A stretch of DNA of 64,000 nucleotides from IMG/VR virus record IMGVR_UViG_3300045994_000055, positions 70,352 to 134,351 of that record; one strand, written 5' to 3'. Numbering within the stretch: the stretch's first letter is position 1; each line of letters opens with the position of its first letter. The notes beneath the pieces are model-generated. The model worked only from the letters and a program-made list of their open reading frames with translations, did no database searches and was not told where the DNA came from. The translations under genes and the position numbers were made by a program. This DNA is from a virus. Below are positions 29,501 through 37,939 of this stretch, piece after piece.

Positions 29501-31593
29501 ACACAGTTACAGCTAACAGTGCTACAATCAGCGGTGCAGTTGCAACAGGTGCATTGACAGCTAACAGCGCAACAGTGAGCGGTGCTACAGTAACAAACGG
29601 CAGCTTAACAGCTAACGGTGCAGTTACAATCAGCCCTAACGCTGCGGTAACAATCAGCCCAGTAGTAACTGGTTCGATTGCTAACATGACAGTTAATGCA
29701 GTAAGCTTGACAACAAGTGCAGCTACGGTAACTGGTGGTACAATTAACGGTACAACAATTGGTGCAACAACAGCGGCAGCAGGTAGCTTTACAGCGTTGA
29801 ACGCAACTACATTGACTGGTACTGCAATTGATAGCAGCCCAATTGGTGCAGTTACACCATCCACTGGTGTGTTTACAACATTGACAGCAGCTAATGCTAA
29901 CTTGGCTAACGTAGCGATCACATCGATCTCGACAGCTAACGCAGTTATTACTGGTGGTTCGATTACTGGTACTCCAGTAAGTGGTTCTACTGTGAGTGCT
30001 ACTGTGTTGACAACAAGTAATGCGCAAGTAACTGGCGGTGCTATCTCTAGTACACCGATCACTGGCAGCACTGGTTCGTTCACAGTAATGACAACAAGCA
30101 ATGCACAAGTAACTGGCGGCGCTATTACAAGCACACCAATCTCTGGCAGCACTGGTTCGTTCACTACTGCTGATGCAACATTGTTTACAACAGCTAACGC
30201 ACAAATTAGCGGTGGTGCAATTACTGGTACTCCAGTAAGTGGTTCTACTGTAAGTGCTACTGTGTTGACAACAGCTAATGCACAGATTAGCGGTGGTGCA
30301 ATTACTAACACACCAATCTCTGGCAGCACTGGTTCGTTCTCGACAGCAGTTGTTGGTAACTTGCAAGCTACAAGCGGTTCAATCTCTGGTACAAGCATTA
30401 CTGGTTCTTCCGGTAGCTTTACAACATTGGCAGCAAGTGGTGCAGTAAGCTTCACTGATACAACAGAATCCACAGCAGTTGGTAACGGCGCTGTAGTGAT
30501 TGCTGGTGGTACAAGCGTTGCTAAGAACTTGAACGTTGGTGGTAACGTAACAGTTGCAGCAGCTACTACATTGTCTGGCACAACTAACTTAGTTGGTTAT
30601 GCAACAGCGCAAAGCGGTATCACTGTAAACAACGCACAGGCTACTGGTGGTGATTCGTACTTCAAGGGTGTAACAGATGGCACATTGATCTGGTCCGTAG
30701 CTGATGCAGTATACGACCAAGTATTGGTTGGTGGCACTGCAACTGCTGGTAATTTAGTACAAGGTGCTAAGTTACAAGTTAACTCCACAGACTCCATGTT
30801 AGTTCCAGTTGGTACTAGCGCACAACGTCCAAGCAGCGTAGGCTACACAGACGTAGACGGTATGATTCGTTTCAATACCACACTAGGTGCTCTAGAGTAC
30901 TACACAACTACAGTGGGTTGGAGACAGTTGATTTCCGAGTTCACAGTTATTGCTGACGAACAGTTCAGCGGTGACGGTGTAACAACGGTTTACACAATTG
31001 CTACACCACAGACTACAAGTAGCTGTATCGTAAGTATCAACGGTGTTATCCAGATCCCAACATTGGCATACGCAGTGTCTGGTACAACATTGACATTTAC
31101 TGAAGCACCGTTAAGCGGCGATATTATTGACGTTCGTAAGTTAACAACAACACAAACAGTTGAGTTGTTATCTAGCGATAATGGTCATAACATCATCCGT
31201 GCAACAAATGCAGGTATTGAGTTAGTTGCTGGTACAGTGGGCGAAACATTACAGTTACGCTTTGACACAACTGGTACAATGGTTAATGTTGGTCCTACAA
31301 CAGCAATTGCAGCAGCAAATGTGGCAACAGTGGTTGCAACATTCGACGCAACAGCAATCCGTAGCGCACATATTATGGCACAAGCTTCTGCAACTGGTAA
31401 GTTCCAGGTACAAGAAGCACTTGTAATCCATGATGGTACTACAGCAACTATCATTGAATACGGTGTTATCAACACCGCAGGCAATGCTGGTGTGCTATCT
31501 GCTACATTGACTGGTAGTGTGTTGACAGTAGAGTACACCGCAGCGCAAGCTTCGACAACAGTACGTGTTAACAAAACAGGTATGGCAATCTAA
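23509..31593 (+). CDS. Giant repetitive tail fibre-like protein (2694 aa)
   Basis: Many NAQ(I/V)TGG..I..TP(I/V)SGSTGSF repeats punctuated by GGVGIAKNLNVGG domains; C-terminal PVGTSAQRP and SINGVIQIP modules. Confidence 0.85.
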   Translation: MAISDTQKIDDLYKKLVYGVTKTDVAGNKSPSNEAIASPLLVRGDTLWNQSGDIPSTAPGSTSGVVHVRTGTASIMAAADPTVVPSTRTWLTSIAKWIPPEFGSSYTVKAYADTAGAANPQSTGTLLAPDGSGNNDAWIFDYQAGVLNFADTNVPTALSGKVVYIVGYTYTGTMGVANNASFGNLTVSDTTISAATTNSSLNLSGNGTGNVVLTGTTVVVAGNETVSGTLAVTGAVTAPTFNGNVSATTATIATATISGGTVNGTVIGGTTPAAATFTTVTGGPATFSSINNTPVGNATPSTGAFTSLAANGATTFTDATQSTLTNNGAVVIAGGVGIAKNLNVGGDTVIGGNLTVAGTTTTVNSTTVAVADLNITVAKDATTAAQADGGGLTVAGANATLTYVQATDTWNLNKDVTAPALALSGVTNSTSPTTGDLTTAGGAGVAIDLWVGGTIHGNIATSNLQATGGSATGMTALSSTTVTTGNAQISGGAITSTPVSGSTGSFTTATTGNLQATGGALSGVTVSATSVTTANAQVTGGAISGTPVSGSTVQGTSVTTANAVVTGGTMSGVTITSSPISGSTGSFSTLTSGSATLTGGAISGMTVDATSVTTSNAQITGGSVTGVALGATSFTTANAQITGGNISGTPVSGSTGSFTVLTTANAQVTGGDIQNTPISGSTGSFTNVTTGGLTATSGSVTGLTTLSATTASATNFSTGNAVITGGNIYGTPVSGSTVSATSVSTGNLQATGGSVTGMTDVSSTNVTTNNAVIGGGAINATPIGATTAAAGTFTSVSTGGLTATSGNITGMTNVSSTTVTTGSAQITGGNITGTPISGSTVQGTSVTTSNLQATGGSATGMTSVASALVTTANAQISGGAITNTPISGDTGSFTTATTGNLQATGGALSGVTVNATSVTTANAQVTGGAITGTPVSGSTVGATVLTTSNAQVTGGAITNTPISGSTGSFTTLSASSFTSDSINNTPVGNAVPSTGAFTTLTSNGATTFTSNVQSTSTTTGAIVTAGGVGIAKNLNVGGDTIIGGNLTVNGTTTTVNSTSLSTVDNNITLAVGAIDNATADGSGLTVAGSGATFTYDGTADTWNVNKNFVAPDVTITSAVDATSTTTGSLNTAGGAGIVKDLWVGGVIHGAIATANLQATGGNISGITNFAATTGSVTNLSSGNVTVTGGTIDGTVIGATTAADGTFTTLFTANAQVTGGKATGLTTMSAVTGTVTNLSSGNVAVTGGTIVDTPISGSTGSFTTMTTAGAAITGGSATGLSAVSSTLVTTGNAQISGGAITSTPISGSTGSFTVMTTGNAQITGGSLSGVTVAVTSLSTANAIITGGNISNTPISGSTGAFTSVTTGPITATSGSVTGLTDLTSTNFASGNVTITGGTITGTPISGATVGATVLTTSNAQVTGGSVIGLTTLTATNGTVTNFASGNAQITGGNVTATSVTTGGAVITGGTIDATTIGATTPSTGAFTTLSTTGAASVNSLVTANVQATGGALSGVTVSATSLTTSNAQVTGGAITSTPISGSTGSFSTLTSGAVTLTGGSITGTTVSGSTVGATVLTTANAQISGGAIDGTVIGGTTAAAGTFTTMNATNVGGTLTTAAQPNVTSVGTLTSVAVSGAATLGATTANSLSTSAATITGGTVNGTVIGGVTPAAGTFTTVTAASFSATGGIDNTPIGANVASTGAFTTLSASNVVTITDTTQSTSTVTGALKVAGGVGIVKNLNVGGDAIVEGNLTVGGSVTTVNSTTVSVADKNITIAQGALTGAAADGAGITVDGPAAATILYTFATDTWNFNKDLVASAFTGNVVATTVGGTLTTAAQPNVTSVGTLTSLAVSGAASAGSVTTANAQVTGGAITGTPVSGSTGSFTTATAANLQATSGSVTGLTTLGATTGTITNLSSSNVTVTGGTIDGTVIGGTTRAAGSFTSVTADSFTAASINGTVIGNVTPSTATFTTATATDVVASTVTTVGVTSTGAATLNTVTANSATISGAVATGALTANSATVSGATVTNGSLTANGAVTISPNAAVTISPVVTGSIANMTVNAVSLTTSAATVTGGTINGTTIGATTAAAGSFTALNATTLTGTAIDSSPIGAVTPSTGVFTTLTAANANLANVAITSISTANAVITGGSITGTPVSGSTVSATVLTTSNAQVTGGAISSTPITGSTGSFTVMTTSNAQVTGGAITSTPISGSTGSFTTADATLFTTANAQISGGAITGTPVSGSTVSATVLTTANAQISGGAITNTPISGSTGSFSTAVVGNLQATSGSISGTSITGSSGSFTTLAASGAVSFTDTTESTAVGNGAVVIAGGTSVAKNLNVGGNVTVAAATTLSGTTNLVGYATAQSGITVNNAQATGGDSYFKGVTDGTLIWSVADAVYDQVLVGGTATAGNLVQGAKLQVNSTDSMLVPVGTSAQRPSSVGYTDVDGMIRFNTTLGALEYYTTTVGWRQLISEFTVIADEQFSGDGVTTVYTIATPQTTSSCIVSINGVIQIPTLAYAVSGTTLTFTEAPLSGDIIDVRKLTTTQTVELLSSDNGHNIIRATNAGIELVAGTVGETLQLRFDTTGTMVNVGPTTAIAAANVATVVATFDATAIRSAHIMAQASATGKFQVQEALVIHDGTTATIIEYGVINTAGNAGVLSATLTGSVLTVEYTAAQASTTVRVNKTGMAI

Positions 31594-31616
31594 GAAATTA
31601 GAAAGCTAAGTTGAAT

Positions 31617-31647
31617 AAGATAAGGGGCAATTTGCCCCTTATCTTTT
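31617..31647 (+). terminator. Intrinsic terminator
   Basis: AAGATAAGGGGCA-ATT-TGCCCCTTATCTT-TT. Confidence 0.8.
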
Positions 31648-31686
31648 AGTAGTACGAATGGGGAAAACTCAAACTGTACTAAATAT

Positions 31687-31732
31687 GTAGTAAGCGGTAA
31701 TCTGCACTCTCCAGATTACTATTTCTTACTAC
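31687..31732 (+). promoter_or_regulatory. 5' leader hairpin with CACTCTC loop, immediately after a late promoter
   Basis: GTAGTAAG-cg-GTAATCTG-CACTCTC-CAGATTAC-tattt-CTTACTAC. Confidence 0.6.
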
Positions 31733-31759
31733 GGGGAATATGGAACCGAAGGAATAAAA

Positions 31760-34700
31760 ATGGCAAATGGTAATTTTATAGTACAAAATGGCTTGCAAGT
31801 TGGTAACTTAGTTATCAGCGCATCCACTGGCGATATCACCACAACAGGTAACGTTACAGTTACTGGCGGTGGATCAATTAACGTAGACGCGATCGGCGTC
31901 AGCAGCATTGCTAAAAACGATTCAAGTTTAACAATTAACGATACGGGCACTGGCTCGACAATCGTCGTAGCACTTGACGGTGTTACACGCTCAACAACAG
32001 ATGCGGCAGGTATTAATTTACCATCCGGCGAACGTTACGCAATCAATGGCGCAAGCGTACTAAGCGCAACAGCATTGGGTACATCAGTTACAGATTCTAG
32101 CTTAACATCTGTTGGTACATTAGGTAGCTTAGGCGTAACCGGTACTGTTACTGCTGGCGGTTTTGCTGGTCCAGTAACTGGTAACGCAAGCACAGCAACA
32201 GCTTTGGCAACACCACGTGCAATTAACGGTGTAAATTTCGACGGTACAGCACCTATCACAGTAACAGCAGCCGCTGGCACATTAACTGGTGCAACATTGG
32301 CTGCTGGCGTTACAGCTTCTAGCTTAACATCTGTTGGTACATTAGGTAGCTTAGGAGTAACTGGTACTGTTACCGCTGGCGGTTTTGCTGGTCCGGTAAC
32401 TGGTAACGCAAGCACAGCGACAACGCTACAAACAGCACGTAACATCAATGGCGTAAGCTTTAACGGTTCTGCAGATGTAACAGTAACAGCTAATGCAGCA
32501 ACCTTATCTGGTACTTCATTAAACAGTACAGTTACAGCTTCTAGTTTGACATCCGTTGGTACACTAGGTTCTCTTGGTGTTACTGGTACGGTTACTGCTG
32601 GTAGCTTTGCTGGTCCTTTAACTGGCGCAGTAACAGGAAATGCTTCTACTGCAACAGCCTTGGCAACACCACGTGCAATTAATGGCATAAACTTTGACGG
32701 CACTGCTCCTATCACAGTAACAGCGGCAGCAGGTACATTAACTGGTGCAACTCTTGCAGCAGGTGTTACATCATCTAGCTTAACATCCGTTGGTACTTTG
32801 GGTAGTTTAGGCGTAACTGGTACTGTAACCGCTGGTGCGTTCTCTGGCCCATTAACTGGCAATGCTTCTACAGCAACTACATTAGCTACCGCACGTAACA
32901 TCAATGGTGTTTCGTTCAATGGCTCTGCAGATATTACTGTGACTGCTAATGCACAGACATTGTCTAGCACAATATTAAATCCAACTGTAGTAACATCCAG
33001 CTTGACAACTGTTGGTACTTTGGGTTCGTTAGGTGTTACAGGTACTGTAACTGCTGGTGCGTTCTCTGGACCATTAACTGGTGCAGTAACTGGTAACGCA
33101 AGTACAGCAACTACATTGCAAACAGCACGTAACATCAATGGCGTTTCGTTTAACGGTTCCGCAGATGTAACAGTAACAGCGGCAGCAGGAACATTATCTG
33201 GTGCTACTTTAGCAGCAGGTGTAACAGCTTCTAGCTTAACTTCCGTTGGTACATTGGGCTCGTTAGCAGTAACTGGTGCAGCTACAGCAGGTAGTCATGT
33301 ATCTGGTAATTTAACAATGTCTGGTGACAGCATTACTAGCACTAACTCAACAATTACTATTGACCCAGCTACTGCTGGTGCAGGTGGTTTAGTTGTTATT
33401 GCTGGTAACTTGCAAGTTAACGGTACAACTACTACGATCAATTCAACAGCAGTTACAACAGCTGACTTGGCGATTGAAGTAGCGACTAACGCAGTTAATG
33501 CGGCAGCAGCAAACGGTGGTGGTTTAATTGTTAATGCAGCTTTTGCTAATGCAACAATGCTTTATGCAAACGCCACAGATTCTTGGGACTTCAACAAGAA
33601 CGTTACAGCGACATTGCGTACAGCGGCTCAGCCAAACATCACAAGCGTTGGTACATTAACATCTCTAGCGGTAACAGGTGCTATTACTGGTGCTTCGTTT
33701 ACTGGTGCGACAAGTGGTACACATACAGGTGCGGTAGTTGGTAATGCTTCTACAGCTACAGCATTGCAAACACCACGTGCTATTAACGGCGTAAACTTTG
33801 ACGGCTCTGCGGCTATCACTGTAACAGCGGCAGCAGGAACATTATCTGGTGCTACTTTAGCAGCAGGCGTTACGGCTTCTAGCTTAACATCGGTTGGTAC
33901 AATTACTTCCGGTACTTGGTCTGGTGCTTTTGGTGCAGTAAGCGGTGCTAACTTAACATCCTTAACAGGTGCTAACGTTACTGGTACAGTAGCTTCCGCA
34001 ACATCGGCAACAAATGCAACCAACACTGGTATCACTGATGATGCAGCAACAGCAACAGCAGTTAACTTGACATGGGTTACATCTAACACTGGTAACTTAC
34101 CACAGAAGACAACTTCTACTAAGTTAACATTCGTTCCATCCACTGGTGTGCTAAGTGCTACTCAGTTCACTGGTTCTGGCGCAGGCTTAACAAGCATTCC
34201 TGGTGCTAACGTTACTGGTACAGTAGCTTCTGCTACTACTGCTGGTTCTGCAACAACAGCAGGTTCTGCAACTACTGCAACAACAGCGACTTTTGTAACT
34301 GGCTTAACAGCAGCCAACGTATCCGCAGTTATTGGTACTGTAACTGGCTTCCCAACATTGAACCAAAATACTACAGGCTCTGCAGGTTCTGCACCAGCTG
34401 GTACATTAACTGGTACAACATTGGCAGCAGGTGTAACAGCTTCTAGCTTAACATCCGTTGGTACAATTACAGCTGGTACATGGTCTGGTTCGTTCGGTGC
34501 AGTAAGCGGTGCTAACTTGACAAGCATTACTGGTGCTAACGTTACTGGTACTGTTGCTTCTGCAACAAACGCAACAACAGCTGGCGGCTTGGCGGTAACG
34601 TCTGCAGCAACTGCTTCGACAGTAATGGCTCGTGATGCAACTGGTTATGCTTATGCAGTTTACTACAATGCGACTGGTTCGTTCCCATTAACAGCCGGAG

Positions 34701-35398
34701 CGGCTGCTTCTGGTATGGCAACATTTACTGGTACTAACGGTACTGATAACTTTGCACGTGGTTATACAGCAGCTGGTGCAGCAACATTGTTATCTGGTCA
34801 GACAATGAACATTAACGGTTCGGCTACAAGCTGCTCCGGCAATGCTGCAACAGCAACATTGGCTACGACAGCTACAACAGCTAATGCGTTGAACACTGGC
34901 AATAGCTACACAGTTGCTGGCTTAACAACACCAAGCATTACACACAGCGGTACAAGCGGTACAGGTGATATCGGTGCTACTGGTGCACGTTTTGGTACAG
35001 TATGGGCAGTTGCTAGTTCAGCAGTATACGCTGACTTGGCAGAAAACTACCAAGGTGATGCTACATACGGTCCTGGTACAGTAGTTATGTTTGGTGGTAC
35101 AGACGAAGTTACATTGGCTATTGCTGATACAAAGGCAGTTGCAGGTGTTGTTTCTACTAACCCAGCTCACTTGATGAACGGTGGCTTAACAGGTGCTAAC
35201 GTTGCGGCAGTAGCATTACAAGGTCGTGTGCCATGTATGGTTGTTGGCCCAGTTGCCAAGGGTGACTTGATGGTATCCGCAGGCAATGGTTACGCTAAGG
35301 CTGACAACAATGCGGCTGCTGGTACAATCATTGGTAAAGCATTAAACAGCATGGGTGCTGGTGAAGGCGTTATCGAAGTTGTAGTAGGTCGCGTATAA
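31760..35398 (+). CDS. Tail fibre protein with C-terminal intramolecular-chaperone-like domain
   Basis: R.INGV.F.G...IT fibre repeats; C-terminal YADLAENY...GVVSTNP...VALQGRVP...IIGKAL. Confidence 0.85.
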   Translation: MANGNFIVQNGLQVGNLVISASTGDITTTGNVTVTGGGSINVDAIGVSSIAKNDSSLTINDTGTGSTIVVALDGVTRSTTDAAGINLPSGERYAINGASVLSATALGTSVTDSSLTSVGTLGSLGVTGTVTAGGFAGPVTGNASTATALATPRAINGVNFDGTAPITVTAAAGTLTGATLAAGVTASSLTSVGTLGSLGVTGTVTAGGFAGPVTGNASTATTLQTARNINGVSFNGSADVTVTANAATLSGTSLNSTVTASSLTSVGTLGSLGVTGTVTAGSFAGPLTGAVTGNASTATALATPRAINGINFDGTAPITVTAAAGTLTGATLAAGVTSSSLTSVGTLGSLGVTGTVTAGAFSGPLTGNASTATTLATARNINGVSFNGSADITVTANAQTLSSTILNPTVVTSSLTTVGTLGSLGVTGTVTAGAFSGPLTGAVTGNASTATTLQTARNINGVSFNGSADVTVTAAAGTLSGATLAAGVTASSLTSVGTLGSLAVTGAATAGSHVSGNLTMSGDSITSTNSTITIDPATAGAGGLVVIAGNLQVNGTTTTINSTAVTTADLAIEVATNAVNAAAANGGGLIVNAAFANATMLYANATDSWDFNKNVTATLRTAAQPNITSVGTLTSLAVTGAITGASFTGATSGTHTGAVVGNASTATALQTPRAINGVNFDGSAAITVTAAAGTLSGATLAAGVTASSLTSVGTITSGTWSGAFGAVSGANLTSLTGANVTGTVASATSATNATNTGITDDAATATAVNLTWVTSNTGNLPQKTTSTKLTFVPSTGVLSATQFTGSGAGLTSIPGANVTGTVASATTAGSATTAGSATTATTATFVTGLTAANVSAVIGTVTGFPTLNQNTTGSAGSAPAGTLTGTTLAAGVTASSLTSVGTITAGTWSGSFGAVSGANLTSITGANVTGTVASATNATTAGGLAVTSAATASTVMARDATGYAYAVYYNATGSFPLTAGAAASGMATFTGTNGTDNFARGYTAAGAATLLSGQTMNINGSATSCSGNAATATLATTATTANALNTGNSYTVAGLTTPSITHSGTSGTGDIGATGARFGTVWAVASSAVYADLAENYQGDATYGPGTVVMFGGTDEVTLAIADTKAVAGVVSTNPAHLMNGGLTGANVAAVALQGRVPCMVVGPVAKGDLMVSAGNGYAKADNNAAAGTIIGKALNSMGAGEGVIEVVVGRV
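32090..33280 (+). repeat. Tandem ~225-240 bp coding repeats within the fibre gene (ends approximate)
   Basis: SSLTSVGTLGSLGVTGTVTAG...NASTAT...INGV unit repeated about five times, near-identical DNA. Confidence 0.8.
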
Positions 35399-35402
35399 TA
35401 GT

Positions 35403-35463
35403 TAGGGGCTAAATGCCCCTACTATAGCAATCAAAGAAGAAGGGCTAAATGCCCTTCTTCTTT
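35403..35463. terminator. Two tandem hairpins between convergent operons; the second is a bidirectional terminator
   Basis: TAGGGGC-TAAAT-GCCCCTA and AAAGAAGAAGGGC-TAAAT-GCCCTTCTTCTTT. Confidence 0.8.
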
Positions 35464-35487
35464 GCCTTCTATTTGTTACTTAGCTAC

Positions 35488-36126
35488 TTAGTGACGTACT
35501 TCGTAAACGACCTCGAAATCAACGCATTCATACGCCATTTGTGGGTCTAAATTCTCATATTTTTGTACCATTCGCTCTAAATCTGCAAAATCTGTGGCAT
35601 AATTAGGCTCACCCTGCAATGCATTGCGAACTAACTCGATACAGTTTAATTTAGCCTCTTGGTGTACATCTAGTTCCATGTCGTACGGTTTGCCTAAATT
35701 AGACTTAGACTTCTCTACGATTTTTAACCATTCGTCCAATGATACTGCCCTAGGTTTAAGCAAGCAAATGGAGCCGCATTGGTTGTCAAATATGTCAGTG
35801 AACTTAGAGTAATGTACGCCCGCGGTCGTCGCTTCCATAAAGTGGAAGTCGTCATCTACGTTGACATCATTTTCTACGTTAAGTAGGGCATGTCCGTAAT
35901 GACCCCATTTGCCAGTTAAACAAAAGTGAGCCAATTGGATAGCAAATGTAGACAAATGCCCCGGGTGGCGGGTCAAGATAATTAAGTAATTGTCCCTCAG
36001 GAGACCGCGAATTATGTCTAATTCAGCTGGGGAAATAGTTCTACTGGGCGGAACGGTCCAGTTTACTTTGCCTACTGCTATGCTTACTGTAGATTTTATT
36101 TTGTTGAAGATGGTAGCAAAAGACAT
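35488..36126 (-). CDS. Permuted papain-like NlpC/P60 (YiiX/YaeF-type) enzyme
   Basis: His (GHYGHAL) precedes EA..GV, LGKPYD and catalytic NCIELV. Confidence 0.75.
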   Translation of the reverse strand: MSFATIFNKIKSTVSIAVGKVNWTVPPSRTISPAELDIIRGLLRDNYLIILTRHPGHLSTFAIQLAHFCLTGKWGHYGHALLNVENDVNVDDDFHFMEATTAGVHYSKFTDIFDNQCGSICLLKPRAVSLDEWLKIVEKSKSNLGKPYDMELDVHQEAKLNCIELVRNALQGEPNYATDFADLERMVQKYENLDPQMAYECVDFEVVYEVRH

Positions 36127-36144
36127 TTTAGTCTCCTTTTAAAG

Positions 36145-36570
36145 TTATAGTGGTGGTTGATTTGATAGGATTCTTGCGGCCCTACCAGCGCCTATTAATC
36201 CTAACGTTTCTAAGAAGTGAACACCTTGCGATACCGCAGGGTTGTTCAGTATTACAGTTTGGGACAACTCTAAGTCCTTCATGATAGTTACTAACATGGC
36301 GCGATAGTTTGCGGGGATAGCAGTGTTTGCTCCTGCATTGTCAATTGCTATACGCTCATTGACAGTGAATAGTTGTCTAAACTGATACTTGGTAACAGAG
36401 TTAGACAAAACAATGTTTTCAGCAGCAATCCATGCATCCAAATCGTCTTGTGATGGAAGAGCGTCGCCGCCCGACCAAATGATATTGTCGTATACGAACG
36501 GACTACTTTCACAATGCGCTTGTACCGCTGGGAAACCTTGTGTAACTGCATCTAAATAAGATAGTGCCAT
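36145..36570 (-). CDS. Putative fibre assembly/chaperone protein, paralog 2
   Basis: Close paralog of 36799..37224 (TAIPANYRAML, MKDLELSQ shared). Confidence 0.65.
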   Translation of the reverse strand: MALSYLDAVTQGFPAVQAHCESSPFVYDNIIWSGGDALPSQDDLDAWIAAENIVLSNSVTKYQFRQLFTVNERIAIDNAGANTAIPANYRAMLVTIMKDLELSQTVILNNPAVSQGVHFLETLGLIGAGRAARILSNQPPL

Positions 36571-36579
36571 GATAAATCC

Positions 36580-36789
36580 TTAAATCCAAATTGCGTGTAT
36601 AGCGGAAGGGGAGTAATCTCCGTGTGTTCCGTCTGCTAGGGTTAATGTAACGCGACCATGTCCGTGTTTTTTGCGTGGTGCATGTACGTTGGTAACTGTG
36701 ACTTGCCCTAGTGTTTCTGATTGGACTACGTCGTTTAGTTTAACGGCTGCCTTCGTAGTCTCATATATTAAATGCATTGTTTTTACCAT
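36580..36789 (-). CDS. Small hypothetical protein
   Basis: 69 aa ORF with AAGGA RBS between the two paralogs. Confidence 0.6.
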   Translation of the reverse strand: MVKTMHLIYETTKAAVKLNDVVQSETLGQVTVTNVHAPRKKHGHGRVTLTLADGTHGDYSPSAIHAIWI

Positions 36790-36798
36790 GTCAAATCC

Positions 36799-37224
36799 TT
36801 AAGCATGTGGTGTATTGGACAGTATCGTCGCGGCTCGTCCTGGAGCAAGTAATCCTAGTTGTTCCAAAAATCCAACACCTTGAATCACGTCTGTGTTAGT
36901 TAATTGTACTTCTTGACTTAGCTCTAAATCTTTCATGAACGTATAAAGCATAGCTCTATAGTTTGCTGGTATAGCAGTGTTAGTGGGAGCAGAGTCGACT
37001 GCCATACGCTCTGGCAACGTGAATAACTTTCTAAATTCGTACTTAGTAACAGACACGACCGTTGCCACAGGGTTAGCAGCAATCCATTGCTCTAACGTAG
37101 TTTGACTAGGTAACGCTGCGCCTGAGTCCCAAATGATATCAGAGTATATTGATCCGTCTCCGTGTGCGTGACAATGTACGCCTGGGAATCCTATGCCTAT
37201 TGCTTGTATATATGTATATGCCAT
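36799..37224 (-). CDS. Putative fibre assembly/chaperone protein, paralog 1
   Basis: Directly downstream of a short fibre gene; IIW...LPSQ motif. Confidence 0.65.
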   Translation of the reverse strand: MAYTYIQAIGIGFPGVHCHAHGDGSIYSDIIWDSGAALPSQTTLEQWIAANPVATVVSVTKYEFRKLFTLPERMAVDSAPTNTAIPANYRAMLYTFMKDLELSQEVQLTNTDVIQGVGFLEQLGLLAPGRAATILSNTPHA

Positions 37225-37225
37225 G

Positions 37226-37924
37226 TTAATTGATTTCCGTTATAGTCCAATCGGACTTGTTGACTGTGCCACCGTATGTGACTGGAACTGATACACTTTG
37301 ATTTATGTACCACGTTGTAGAAGAATTTATCCCTACTCGTAATGAGTAAGTTGTATTTGCGGTAGTGTTAGGTTTGTCGACACAATGAATAGCAGCATTC
37401 AGTAATTTTCCAGAAGTTGCAATATATGTACTTGTTGCATAGATACAAGTAGTACCTCTAAATAATGCAAAAGTTATATTTTTGCTACTCGTTGCAGAAT
37501 CGACCATGAATGATTGAGTTATCACAAATTTTGAATTAGCGGAAGCAGGAGTCACAGTTTTAGTCCAAATTTGAGTACCTTCGGTTGACTGCGGTGTAGT
37601 ATTGTCATACGGAATAGTTCCTGTACCAGACATTCCACTTGTTTCCCCAGTATAAAATGCAATTACGCTGCCAGTGGTACTTCCACTTCCGGTAGCACCA
37701 CTAGCAGTCCACACAGTGCCATCCCAGAACTCAGTATCGTTAGTATCTGTGTTAAGCCGCATTGATCCAATAGCTGGAGTAGTTGGCCTTTGAGCAGTGG
37801 TACCAGAAGGCAGGACCATCGCGCCGTCACCGGTCGCTCCGCTAGTAGTTATCGTAAACGCATTTGCGGGTGTGATAACTTCTGCTAGTCCTGATATAGT
37901 ACCTGTATCGAAATTGAATTCCAT
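37226..37924 (-). CDS. Short fibre/receptor-binding-like protein
   Basis: LPSGTTAQRP...RLNT...EFWDGTVW module plus beta-sandwich C-terminus ending TITEI. Confidence 0.7.
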   Translation of the reverse strand: MEFNFDTGTISGLAEVITPANAFTITTSGATGDGAMVLPSGTTAQRPTTPAIGSMRLNTDTNDTEFWDGTVWTASGATGSGSTTGSVIAFYTGETSGMSGTGTIPYDNTTPQSTEGTQIWTKTVTPASANSKFVITQSFMVDSATSSKNITFALFRGTTCIYATSTYIATSGKLLNAAIHCVDKPNTTANTTYSLRVGINSSTTWYINQSVSVPVTYGGTVNKSDWTITEIN

Positions 37925-37939
37925 GTATAACCTACATTA

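Noticed and set aside
26949-30581. 1210-aa antisense ORF and many other long minus-strand ORFs under fibre and core genes
   Set aside because: They mirror the sense frame of low-complexity genes whose codon usage avoids reverse-complement stops; no RBS or recognisable motifs.
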